Of a stretch of DNA of 64,000 nt, positions 24,901-35,574 are shown piece after piece. The stretch is from assembly GCA_964016885.1 (NCBI GenBank), contig OZ024741.1, forward strand, positions 413,664,001 to 413,728,000, in the 5' to 3' direction. The notes below the pieces were generated by a model. That model made no database searches and was not told the DNA's origin. It was given only the letters and a program-made list of their open reading frames with translations. Both the position numbers and the translations under genes were made by a program. This stretch comes from Eledone cirrhosa (lineage: Eukaryota). Position 1 is the first letter of the stretch; every line of letters starts with the position of its first letter.

Positions 24901-25900
24901 CTATCCTTAAGTTCGTCTGGCAACCCCGATTGGGGTGCGTAAGCTGATATTATTGTGGTAATTGTTTTATTCAGGACTAGTCTGAGTTTAATGATTCTTG
25001 CATTTACCCTGTTCACTGAGATTACTTTATCTACCCACTTGTCAGCTAGTAGTATACCTACACCACCCATCCCATCGTCATTTCCCACCCAGAAAAATTT
25101 GTAGTACTGACTTTTTCCTACAAGGACTCTAGCAGACTCTCCTCTCCATCTAGTCTCTTGCACACAGCATACATCAATTTCCTTTCGCTCTAGCATTTCT
25201 ACGATTTCTCCTGCTCTTCCTTTCATTGTGCTTACATTGATGGTACCAACTCAGAGTTTTGGGCATTTGTCGACACTCATAGGGAAGGGTCGATTTTTGC
25301 AGGGGTGTGTGTGTGCTTCCTGTCTCTGGATTGGGGCTTCACATGGGTGCTTGGCAGCTCACGGATTCATATTCATTTCATCTATTAATTCAGAGTTGCT
25401 CCAATTTATTCTCAGCTCAGGTAGGAAAGTACAGGGCTAGAAGAACAGTGGTGGTGGTAATAATGGCAGGGTGTGTTGGGCTGGGACGGGGGAGGAGAGA
25501 GTTAGGTATAGTAGTCGTAGAAATGGCATGCTGAGGTTTGATTGGTCGAATAGGCTATGGTGGTGTGAGAGGGTGGGTGGGGGGGAAATTGTGAGGTAGG
25601 TAGCCAGTCATGGCTATCAAAATAACCGATAGAAGTGAATACAGCATGGCAAGATAACCGATAGAAATGAATGCAGCTACAATAGTAATAATAGCCAGTC
25701 ATGGCCTGTAGCCTTTGATGGCAAAATAGACAGATAGAGAGGCAGCATGGTAGAGAAAATGAGGGTAACAAAATAAATGTGTTGTGGGAGCTAGCGAAGT
25801 GATAAATACAGCAATAGTTGCGAGCAGAACATTTGAAATTGAGGAAATAGGGATACCTGGAGAGATTTGGATGGATGGATGGCTGGAACGTGGCTAAGCA
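21968..25900 (-). mobile_element. RTE-clade LINE copy 2, near full length, disrupted (APE + RT + PHD-like finger)
   Basis: 24471-25226 APE motifs (VQETRW, SAYAPQ, GDFNGHVG), 23012-23689 RT (YADD), stops/frameshifts, (GAT)n tail at 21968; 5' boundary approximate. Confidence 0.95.
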
Positions 25901-26182
25901 GCTCTAGTGATTCATTTTAGCCTTTCAGAGTAGAGTGTATCTTATCTCTTCAATAACTTCAAGATGAGTGAGGAGGGAATGGGTGGAGAGGCAAAGGGAG
26001 GTAATAGGTGGCTTAGAGATAGATAGAGAGAGAGAGATATAGAGTGTAGCCATCATAGAGAGAGAGAGAGATAGAGAGAGGGGGTAGCCATCATAGAGAG
26101 AGGGTCGCCAGTCATGGCTATCAAAATATATAAATATACAATGATATTAAATAAATGGAAACTATATTTATAAAACCATAGT

Positions 26183-26245
26183 TATTTTATTATATATATT
26201 TCAAGGGTACCAAAACACTTTGGTACGCTTTCCTCAGATAAAATA
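26183..26245 (-). ncRNA. Candidate minimal type I hammerhead ribozyme with intact core
   Basis: Minus strand: TATTTTAT-CTGAGGA-aagcGTACCAAAgtgtTTTGGTACcctt-GAAA-TATATA-TA-ATAAAATA; 8-bp stem I, stem II hairpin, palindromic stem III. Confidence 0.8.
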
Positions 26246-26309
26246 TATATATAAATATATATATATATATATTGGAAAATGCTTGAGATCCTTGGTACAG
26301 TTAGGTCTA

Positions 26310-26650
26310 TTTGAAAAAAAGGAAAAGAAGAACTTTACTTGTAGATGATATTCTATAGCAATTTAATTTTATAATTTGTTGCTATGTAGATCTAATAAGT
26401 CCTTTATTAACTTTCTGGAGAACTTTCTCACAGTTGTCGATGTCAATTGTCAAACTGATCTAACAATCGCCACCGACAAATGTGAGAGAGTACTCCAAAG
26501 AGTTAACTAGGATTTTTAAAAAACTTTCCAGTGAAGTTAACAAAGGACTTATTAGATCTACATAGCAAAATGATAAAATTGTAGAATTATAAAATTAAAT
26601 TGTTATAGAATACCAACTACAAGTGAAATCATTCTTTTCCTTTTTTCAAA
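26310..26650. repeat. ~340-bp imperfect palindrome (fold-back element)
   Basis: GCTATGTAGATCTAATAAGTCCTTT vs AAAGGACTTATTAGATCTACATAGC; inner hairpin TGGAGAACTTTCTCACAGTTGTCG vs CGACAAATGTGAGAGAGTACTCCA. Confidence 0.85.
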
Positions 26651-26833
26651 CATAAATATATATATTGTAAATGTAGTTGGTGTTAGTAAGGACATCCAAC
26701 AATAGAAACCAAGCCAAAACCAATTCTATATGAGCAAGACATGGTCATCTGATCTGGTTTGTTTCACAACTGGATAACATGTCTAACCCATGCTAAAAAT
26801 GGACATTAAACAGTGATGATGATGATATATGTC

Positions 26834-27200
26834 TTGGGTTGAGTCATAAATGATTTCCATTTTAGTTAAATAATTTATTCATGACTAATTTAACAATGAA
26901 TTAATTTCAATCAATAGTACATTTACCATTATTTTGAATCACATCTTGTCATTATCAGGGAACTTGTTGACTCCACTCAAGTAAGTTTCAGTTGGTTTTC
27001 AGCTCAAGAATTTTTCCACAAACATTTTCAGCTGATCTTCTTGAGAAATTATTTTGCCATTCAAAGCACTTTGTAGAGAATGGAAAAAATGGAAATCACT
27101 TGGTGCAAGGTCTGGTGAATATGGGGGATGGGATAGAACAGACCAGCCTAACTCCAATATTTTTTCCTGCGTGATTTTTGCTGAATGTGGCTTTGCATTT
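26834..27200 (-). mobile_element. Mariner transposon 3' fragment
   Basis: NAKPHSAKITQEKILELGWSVLSHPPYSPDLAPSDFHFF mariner D,D34D C-terminal motif; TIR-like TTGGGTTGAGTCATAA at ~26834. Confidence 0.9.
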
Positions 27201-27279
27201 AAAACATTGGAAGTTTGAAATGCATAGTTACAACTTGCTTTTAAAAAATGGAAATTATTATACATATGATCATCATCAT

Positions 27280-27470
27280 CATCATTATTATTGTTTAACA
27301 TCTATTTTCCACACTAGCACGGGTTAGGCAGGTTTGTCCCATTAGAAGCAAGTTGGGTCTGGTGACCATGTCTTGCTCACACAGAACTGTTTCTGACTTG
27401 GTTTTTACAGCTGGGGATGCCCTTCCTAACACCAACCACATATATAGTGTGGGCTGGGTGTCTTGCTCAT
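27280..27470 (-). mobile_element. RTE/SINE 3' tail fragment
   Basis: TTTAACATCTATTTTCCACACTAGCACGGGTTAG...GATGCCCTTCCTAACACCAACC. Confidence 0.75.
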
Positions 27471-27787
27471 ATAGGACTACATATATTATAGGGTAAAATG
27501 ACAGGAGGTCAGACAGGTTGTATTCCTTTAGATTTAATTACTGCAAACATTTGAATGGCCAGGTTAAGTAGGAAGCCAGTGACATCATCAGGTATATAAT
27601 TGCATATTAGTTAGGAAGAAACAGAGAAAGAAAAAACGAGAATGAAAAAAAAATTGTTTGTTTTTTATTCAGAGCGGCTAATTGAATACCCTGTTCTCAT
27701 TCAGCTGAAATTCACTCTGAATTCACCCGGAACTAGCTGTTGAAACGGCATGAGCTCAGCCATTGGGGTCCCGACTCCTTCATATAT

Positions 27788-27819
<32 letters not shown>

Positions 27820-27831
27820 TTAATGTAGAAA

Positions 27832-27882
27832 GGCTTCTACAGGACTAGAACTGTTTAATTCTGGAGAAATCATCAGGAAGCC
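27832..27882 (-). ncRNA. Degenerate type I hammerhead ribozyme
   Basis: Minus strand GGCTTC-CTGATGA-tttctccagaat-TAAA-CAGttctagtcCTG-TA-GAAGCC; stems I and III intact, core G12 mutated. Confidence 0.6.
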
Positions 27883-27916
27883 GGCTGTCCAAGTAATGTG
27901 ACCACCACATTACTTG

Positions 27917-28247
27917 GAGGCACATGGCTCAGTGGTTAGAGCATTGGCCTTGCAATCGAAAGGTTGTGAGTTCAATTCTCGGACTGGGTGATGTGTTGTT
28001 TCCTTGAGCAAGACACTTTATTTCACATTGCTCCAGTTTACTCAGCTGTAGAAATGAGATGATAGGGACTGGGGTCCATATCATTCCACTGTAAAGTGGT
28101 TGTGGAGGTGCCACAGCAAAAAAGCACCCAACACTCACTGTAAATGAGGTTGGTGTTAGGAAGGGCATCCAGCTGTAGAAATCAAGCCAGAATCAGTTCC
28201 CGTCCCACCCTTGCAAGCAGGGAAAAGCGGGCGTAAAATGATGATGA
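27917..28247 (+). mobile_element. Full-length tRNA-head CORE-type SINE with RTE-derived 3' tail
   Basis: A box TGGCTCAGTGG, B box GAGTTCAATTC, CCTTGAGCAAGACACTT core, tail matching the RTE copy-2 3' UTR, (GAT)n end. Confidence 0.92.
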
Positions 28248-28262
28248 TATACACACTCACAT

Positions 28263-28598
28263 ATTAAAATACTGGATATTTAATAACAGGTTTATTTAAA
28301 ACTCTGTTATACATATTTCGCTGAAGACTATCAATTATGATAGCCAGTTTCTTCAGTTACCAAAGAAACAACATTCGCACATTCAGCCACTCCACTGTAA
28401 TAAGAAAAAAAATTTTCGAGGTAGTTTTTGGATTTTTTTTTTAAATTAAAAAATCTTATTGAGAAAGTTTCAGTGTTTTCTAGTTTTTATAGGTTTTGCC
28501 GTCTAAAGAACTCAGGCTCGGATAGTCCTCAGTGAAATATGTATAACAAAGTTTTAAATAAACCTGAATCAACTGATTATGGCCTCCAGTATTTTAAT
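28263..28598. mobile_element. Fold-back element with hammerhead-like motifs in both arms (Penelope-like inverted terminal repeat)
   Basis: ATTAAAATACTGG..CAGGTTTATTTAAAACTCTGTTATACATATTTCGCTGAAGACTATC inverted against GATAGTCCTCAGTGAAATATGTATAACAAAGTTTTAAATAAACCTG..CCAGTATTTTAAT; minus strand CTGAAGA...GAAA. Confidence 0.7.
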
Positions 28599-28734
28599 AA
28601 TATATAATGCTCCGGCTTCTACCATTTATACAGGTTGTTGAGCACTTCTTTATATCTGCTTCACAGCCGACCGACCATAATGTGGTTCACACATCCTTGG
28701 TTGGTTAACTCCAAATTCTAATATATAAGATAAG

Positions 28735-29300
28735 TCTGGCAGAATGTCAATAGACAGCCTGCCAAACTATATCCTAGCAATGCAACCCAATATCACCAAC
28801 ATGAGTGAAACAACACCACATAAGGAGAAAGATAAATTCCTCAAAGCACATATGATGATGTGGTCTGACATCCTAGGAACAAGAAAGCGCATGGCCAACA
28901 ATTTCCAAGCCTCAAATAATGATATCCCAGCGCTCTATGGACTCTACAAGGATCATAAAATAACCACTGATCCTGTGGCAGAACCACCAATAAGACCCAT
29001 CTGCGGAGCAAACATTGCCAGCAACTACAGGATCTCCTACTTCCTCTCTATGATCATACGCCCATAATCAATATGTCCCCAGATATGTGTTACAGCACAG
29101 AGGACCTCCTCAGCAGAATCAACAAGTGTAACCAAACCTACAACATGAAAAACTACATAATAGGCAACATAGATGTAGTATCCTTATATCCATCTACCGA
29201 CATTGATTTTGCTGTGGAGAAATGCCTGGAAATGATGAATGAGAGTGATGTAGTAATCTGAAGAGTTGACACTAAGGAACTGGGCCTCCTCCTTAGACTT
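28735..29300 (+). pseudogene. Penelope-like element reverse transcriptase fragment
   Basis: PALYGLYKDHK..PPIRPIC and IGNIDVVSLYPS motifs typical of PLE RT; frameshift and stops. Confidence 0.85.
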
Positions 29301-29365
29301 AAAGGTTATCACAATCATTTCTTTTGTTAATTTCCTTACGTGTATCTGTTCCCTCCTATTCCAAA

Positions 29366-29403
29366 CTTTCCTGAAGAAGTACTTCTGTCCGAAACGTCAA
29401 AAG
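29366..29403 (+). ncRNA. Degenerate minimal hammerhead motif downstream of the PLE RT fragment
   Basis: CTTTC-CTGAAGA-agtacttctgtcc-GAAA-CG-TC-AAAAG; stem II poorly paired. Confidence 0.5.
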
Positions 29404-29703
29404 CTCCTCCACTTCCACCAAGTGTGAACCTAATATAACTGTCTATAAATTGGCTACTGTGTTTCGTTTGTATCATATATATATATGTGTGTGTGTATAT
29501 GTATATATATGTGTGTATATATGTATATATATAATATATATATATGTGTGTGTGTGTGTGCATATACGTATGTATATATGTGTAAGTAAATATATATATG
29601 TATATATGTGTATGTATATATATGTGTGTGTGTGTGTGTATGTATATATCTGTATACTATCCAGAATGTTCACTATATCAAATATATGTGTTTACTATTG
29701 CAG

Positions 29704-29802
29704 AACGTTCACTACATCATCAAAGCTTCCCTCAGTATCCTCCATAACATAGCTAGGAACCCTTCCATTAAACATTATTTCAAGGAACAGAAGACTTCAG
29801 AG
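29704..29802 (+). CDS. Host gene coding exon C
   Basis: tttactattgcAG acceptor, GAG|GTACGT donor, 99 nt phase 0-0, NVHYIIKASLSILHNIARNPSIKHYFKEQKTSE (ARM-like SILHNIA helix). Confidence 0.8.
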
Positions 29803-30077
29803 GTACGTAGTCCTACTTTTCTTTTTATTTCTACCTTGGAAGGGTTGGGGGGGTGAATGTTGTAAGGGGGGGGGGTGTAGAGGAGGGGGTCAGGTGATAG
29901 GTCGTAAGAGAGGAGGGGTTGTGTGAGGGGTCTGGGTGAGGTGTCATAAGGCAGGTGTCACATGAAGGGTTGTAGTGGAGATGTAATGGAGAGAGATGAC
30001 AGGGAGGTGTGCCAGAGAGGTGCCACATGTTCTAGAGTGATGTGACAAGAAGGTGTGTCATGTCTTATTAACTCAGA

Positions 30078-30235
30078 AGGGGCAGAGGTGGTGAGAACAG
30101 ACCTTAGATCACTGAAGCTCACGGAGGGGATGACGAAGGATTGTGACAAGTGGAGAGATGCTGTGCTGGATAGGACCCTTCCCACCCTTGCAAGCAAGGA
30201 AAAGCAGATGCAAAATGATGATGATAATGATGATG
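30078..30235 (+). mobile_element. Short RTE LINE 3' fragment (copy-3 subfamily)
   Basis: AEVVRTDLRSLKLTEGMTKDCDKWRDAVL plus (GAT)n tail. Confidence 0.85.
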
Positions 30236-30512
30236 TATATATATACATTTTCTTAAATCAAAATCTCATTACTGAATTCTACCCCATGGTGAATAGTTGA
30301 ATTCTGATGTATTCAATCATCATCATCATCATCATTGTATTGTAATAAATAATTAAGTATTGAACATGATTGAACAATATATATTGTAGTCAGCATATGT
30401 AGACTATTATAATAGATACAGAAACATATGTCAAAGCAAATAAATTCATAATCTTCACGCCAAAGTTTTAGTTTTCTTGGTCCAATACTTATATTAATAT
30501 ATATATATATAT

Positions 30513-30745
30513 TATCATCATCATCGTTTAATGTCTATCTTCCACGCTAGCATGGGTTAGACGGGTTTATCCCACTTCAGGCAAGATTGGTCTGATGACC
30601 GTGTCTCACTTGTATGGGACTGTATCTGGCAGGTTTTCTACGGCTGGATGCCCTTCCTAACACCAATCACATTTACAGTGTCGACTGGGTGCTTTTTATC
30701 GTGACACCTACACGACCACTTTACAGTGTGGACTGGATGTTCTGT
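30513..30745 (-). mobile_element. RTE/SINE 3' tail fragment
   Basis: (ATC)n, CCACGCTAGCATGGGTTAGACGGG, GGATGCCCTTCCTAACACC. Confidence 0.8.
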
Positions 30746-31203
30746 GATACCAACATAACTTTAAAGAGAAAGGGTGGTGTTGGTGGAAATGTCAGGATGG
30801 AGTAGGGGGTGGGTCAACAGAGAGACAGTCCACAAGGTGGGTGACAGGCAGATGAAATATAGAAAAGATTGAGAGAGGAGAAGGAGGACAAGGAGAAGTG
30901 TGTTGGTACACAGAAGTGACTGAAAGAGGGAAATAAAGACAGATGATGTACAAGACAAGTTTACACATCTTCACCCTCATCAGCTCCCAAACTAGCAAAA
31001 TGGTATCACATGATTTAATTGAGAGTACCATTTTAAAATGCTGGATCATGCAACAGAAAAATAAATCTTTCTTCTGGTATGATATGTGTGTGAAAAAACA
31101 AACAGCACAAATAGAAGGAGGAAAAAAACAAAGTAAAGGAAAATAATGGGATGGTGGACCTCAAGGTATCATGTCTGTCCTAAATATATATATATATGTA
31201 TAT

Positions 31204-34200
31204 ATCATCATCATCATCATTTTACGGCCACTTTTCCCTACTTGCAAGGGTGGGATGGGTCCTATTCAGCACAGCGTCTCTCCACTTGTCACGGTCCTTC
31301 GTCATCTCCACCGTGAGCTTCAGCGATCTGAGATCTGCTCGCACCACCTCCGCCCATGTTTTTCGTGGTCTATCTCTACCACGTCTTCCTTCAACTGGCA
31401 TTTCTTGGCACTTCTTCTCCCATCGGTCATCCTCCATGTGCATCACATGTCCATACCATCGCAGTCTCCTCTCACGCACACAACAATTTATCTCTCTCAA
31501 CACATCCATGCTCAGCCGTTCACGCACATTGACATTGCACATCCAATGAAGCATACTTGCCTCATTTCTCTCCAGCCGTCGCATATCCTCTGCAGTTGCT
31601 GCCCATGTCTCACTACCATGCAGCATCGCGCACCTCACATAGGCATCTTATAACCAGCCTTTCGTACGCAGGGAGAAACCCTTCTTCGCCAGCAGAGGAA
31701 GCAGCTCCCTAAACTTCTTCCAACCCATCCTTATTCTAGATACTATGGCCTCGGAACCCCCCCCCCCATACTAATCTGATCACCTAGGTACCGGAAGCTA
31801 TCCACCACTTCTATAGCACCCACCTACATTTGAAAAATGTGTCTATCAATGCGACTTCTATTGTCTAATTTCTCTGAACATCTACTGCATACGTATTTCT
31901 CCCTACCTGTTAGTTTGCCTGCTATCCCGCTACATCTCTTGTGTACACAGGATCTGCATTGTGTACATTTTATAGAATTTATGCCAGTTCCTTCTCTGTA
32001 TATCGAACATGGCCATTTCCCTGACGGAATCAGAGTTTTGTCCTCTTTTCTACTCATCAACACTTTTGTCTTAGCTAGGTTCACTCTCAGTCCTCTTGCT
32101 TCCAACTGCTGTTTCCATAGCCAGAATCTATTCTCTAGCTCCTCTACTGATTCTGCTATAAGTACCAGATCATCAGCATAGAGAAGTTCCCATGGACAGC
32201 CAGCCTTAAATTCCTTTGTTATGGCTTGGAGGACTATCATGAACAAGAGTGGGCTGAGGACCGAACCCTGATGTACTCCTACTTCTATCTGGAATTCTTC
32301 ACTAAACTCCATTCCTACCCTCACTTTACTGACAGCACCTCTGTACAAAGCTTGCACTGTCCTCACAAGCCATTCCTCAACATCCAGCTTCCTTAGGGAC
32401 CACCAGATGACAGATCGGGGTACCCTCTCTAGGTCAACAAAAACTAAGTATAGTGGCTAACCTCTCTTGTAATTGTCTCACTAAGAAGAGGGCATCCGTT
32501 GTACTTTTCCCAGGCACAAAACCAAACTGCATCTCATCTAGTTTGACCCTTTCTCTAATTAGTTGCGTTAATATCCTTTCTGCCACTTTCATGACCTGAT
32601 CCATCAGTTTTATGCCCCTATAATTGCTCATCTCCAGAGCATCCCCTTTACCTTTGTAGCAATTTATGAGAATACTGCTGCACCAGTCTTTGGGTATGAC
32701 ACCACCATATATAGTCTGATTGATGATGCGTGCAACCAGTTTAGTGCCTATGTCCCCTGATGCCTTCAGCATCTCAGCAACTATCCCCAATGGTCCAGCA
32801 GCCTTACCATTTTTCATTTCCTTAATTGCCTCTTGGGCCCTATATTCGTCAATCTCAATAGCTGGTCCCTCTGTCGGATCTACTGAGGGTAATTTCTCTC
32901 TCTCCCATTTGTTCTCCACACTCATCAGTCTCTCATAATGACATTCCCTGGCCTCCTTTTTCTGATCATTCATGACATTAAGTACACCAGTATAATTCCG
33001 GACACATTTATCTCCAACAACATCCTGATTTGCACTGACACACTGCCTTGCAATGCGGAACACCACACGTCTCTGATCTTCCCGTCGCAGAACATTGGCA
33101 AACCTCTTACTCTCAACCTCCCTTCGTGCTAAGTACACCTGACGTCTAGCTTCTCTCTTAGCGGCTGTATATCCTTCTCTACTCCCACCATTTTTCCAAG
33201 CATTCCATACTAGTCTTTTGTCTCTAATGGCCCTATCTACTGTGCTGTTCCACCACAAGGTCACTCTCTGTCTGGTTGGAGCTCTGCTCCAGTCACAAGT
33301 TTCTTCAGTAGCCTGCAGTAAGTTGCCACGTAAGAAATTCCAGCTATAATCTATGTCATACGACTCTAAATCGTCTTCTTTTTCATCATACACATCTTTG
33401 TATTTTAGTGAAAGGTCTTTTAACTTCCAGACATTTCTTCTCCACACCTTCCTGTATGTCTCATTCCGTCTCTTGCTTACTATGATACCAGTAACGACTA
33501 ACCTATGCTGTGGAGTACATTCTTCCCCAGGGTATGCTTTGGTATTTGACACCATCTGTCTGTCCCACTGCCTAACTAGCAAGAAGTCAATCTGGCTTAT
33601 GTGCTCGCCTGATTTGTAGGTTATTAGGTGGTTGCAGGTTTCTGGAAGTTAGTGTTGCAAATGGTTAGTGCACTTGCATCACAAAATTCAAGAAGTCTCA
33701 CTCCTTCTTCATTTCTTGAGCCGTAACCGTGCTCACTATGTACCCCAGTGTAGCCATCCTGGAGCTGTCCAACATGTCCATTGAAGTCCCCTGCTAGCAT
33801 AACGATGTCTCTGATCTCTGTCATTGCAGCTGTTTGTAAAAGTTGCTCGTAAAAGCAGTCTCTTCTTTACCTAGGCCTGCCTGGGGAGCATAGGCAGAGA
33901 TGATTGTCAGTAGTCTCTTGCCTACAACTAATCTAAGCTTAATTATTCTATTACTAACTCGAACTACCTCTATTGTCTTATTGATCCATCTCTCAGCCAG
34001 GAAAATGCCTACTTTCCCTAACCCATCATCATTACCCACCCAGGAAAGCTTATAAGTAAGATGTTTACCTGCGATTAGTCTCGCAGAGCACCTCTTGGAC
34101 GCAGCACACATCCACATGCCTTCTCTCCAGCATCTCCATTATTTCACTAGATCTACCTGTGAGAGTGCCAACATTAAGTGTTGCAACTCTAAGATGCAAC

Positions 34201-34800
34201 GTCTTCATATTCTTGTTCCTTTTCTTGTTCCTGTAGTGCGATTGCTTGATGAGGTCAGGGGGTTCTCGCACATGGCTTCTCCAGCCACCCCACTACCATG
34301 CACAGCCCTAACATGGTTAGTGTTATTGCTGTTTAAGCAGTTATTGTTGTTGTGCAATTGCTTGATGACGGTCGAGGGGTTCTCACACATGGCCTTACTA
34401 GCCACCCCACTACCGTGCACAGCCCTAACATGGTTAGTGTTGTTGCTGTTGACGCATTTGTTGCAATTCTTATTTGTTGTGCTCATAATTTTGGCATTTA
34501 TTATACTGGTTGGATGCCCTTCCTAACACCAGCACCACTTTACAGCATGGACTGGGTGCTTTTATTCGTGCCACCAGCACTAGAGAGGGTGTCTTACTAG
34601 ACTCAGGGGCCCTAACCACCCCTCCATTTTTACAGCATGGACTGGGTGCTTTTATTCGTGCCACCAGCACTAGGGAAGTTATCTTACTGGACTTAGGGGA
34701 CGACTTCTCTACCTCGCACCAATTTATTCGGAGTGATAGCTCTCCTAGACGAGTTGCCTACATTATGGCTTACGGAGCCTCCGCCCACCCCTTGTCTGTT
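31204..34800 (-). mobile_element. RTE-clade LINE copy 3 (third subfamily), near full length, decayed
   Basis: APE fragments (TLNVGTL, SAYAPQ, GDFNGHVG), RT 32434-33582 and 31824-32366 (YADD), many frameshifts; RTE-like 5' UTR motif GGAGGCTCC..TAGGCAACTCGTCTAGGAG near 34740-34790. Confidence 0.92.
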
Positions 34801-35328
34801 CTGGTTAAGACTTTCCCCTCCCCCAAAAATTGCTGGCCTTGTACCTATAATAGAAACCATTATTATTTAACATGTTTTTCCTGTTAGCAAGAGTTGTATG
34901 GGTCATTACAGACCATGGCAGTTCTTAATCAGAGCTTCTGATGTTTAAGAAAGGCTGAGGGTGACATTCCACTGAAATATATTAGCAAAGTCAGCCTAAT
35001 GTCCTGGTTTTATGTTTATTCACATGTCATTGACACAACCTGTTGTTGGGCAAATTTTTCTATGGCTGGATAATCTTCTCGTTATAAATCAATCCACAAA
35101 GCTCTGAGTGCATTTAAATGTTCAACAACACTAAGTAACAGAGTGTAGGCACTGGCTTTCCTGTCGGTCTAGGTGGGCCCCCTAGGCTATAATTCTAAAC
35201 ACATAACTTATTACACATGTAAATACGAATCCTTAACTACAAGAACGTAAAGAAAACGCTTAATCTCTAATAAGACTAGAAGTTAAGACCAATCTCTTGT
35301 TTATTTAAAAAATATATTTCGGATAAAA

Positions 35329-35574
35329 TGGCAACTGCATCTAAAAAAAAGTATAAACAATATTCCGTCGAATAAGAACGTTAAATTTTTTTTACTTGCT
35401 TTCCCCACATCTTATTTAGTTGGGTCAGGTTTCAATCAGGTGATGCATCTGCTTTCAAAAAGTCAAAATCGCCTTGATATAGAAAGAAGAGGTGATTTAC
35501 GACTCTCTCTAACGGCTTTCACACCAAACATTGACAAATTAGTAGCCTTGCATCAATCACAGGGATCTCATTAA
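35329..35574 (+). mobile_element. Internally deleted Buster/Charlie-type hAT transposase remnant
   Basis: N-terminus MATASKKKYKQYSVE joined to C-terminus ..TSYLVGSGFNQVMHLLSKSQNRLDIERRGDLRLSLTAFTPNIDKLVALHQSQGSH*. Confidence 0.75.

Noticed and set aside
27922-27990. tRNA gene
   Set aside because: A/B boxes belong to a SINE head; no complete cloverleaf
29700-29750. Minus-strand hammerhead-like CTGAGGG...GAAC
   Set aside because: Core mismatched in two places and the segment is explained as coding exon C
30380-30440. GAAACATATGTC hammerhead 3' half
   Set aside because: No CTGANGA 5' core recognisable upstream
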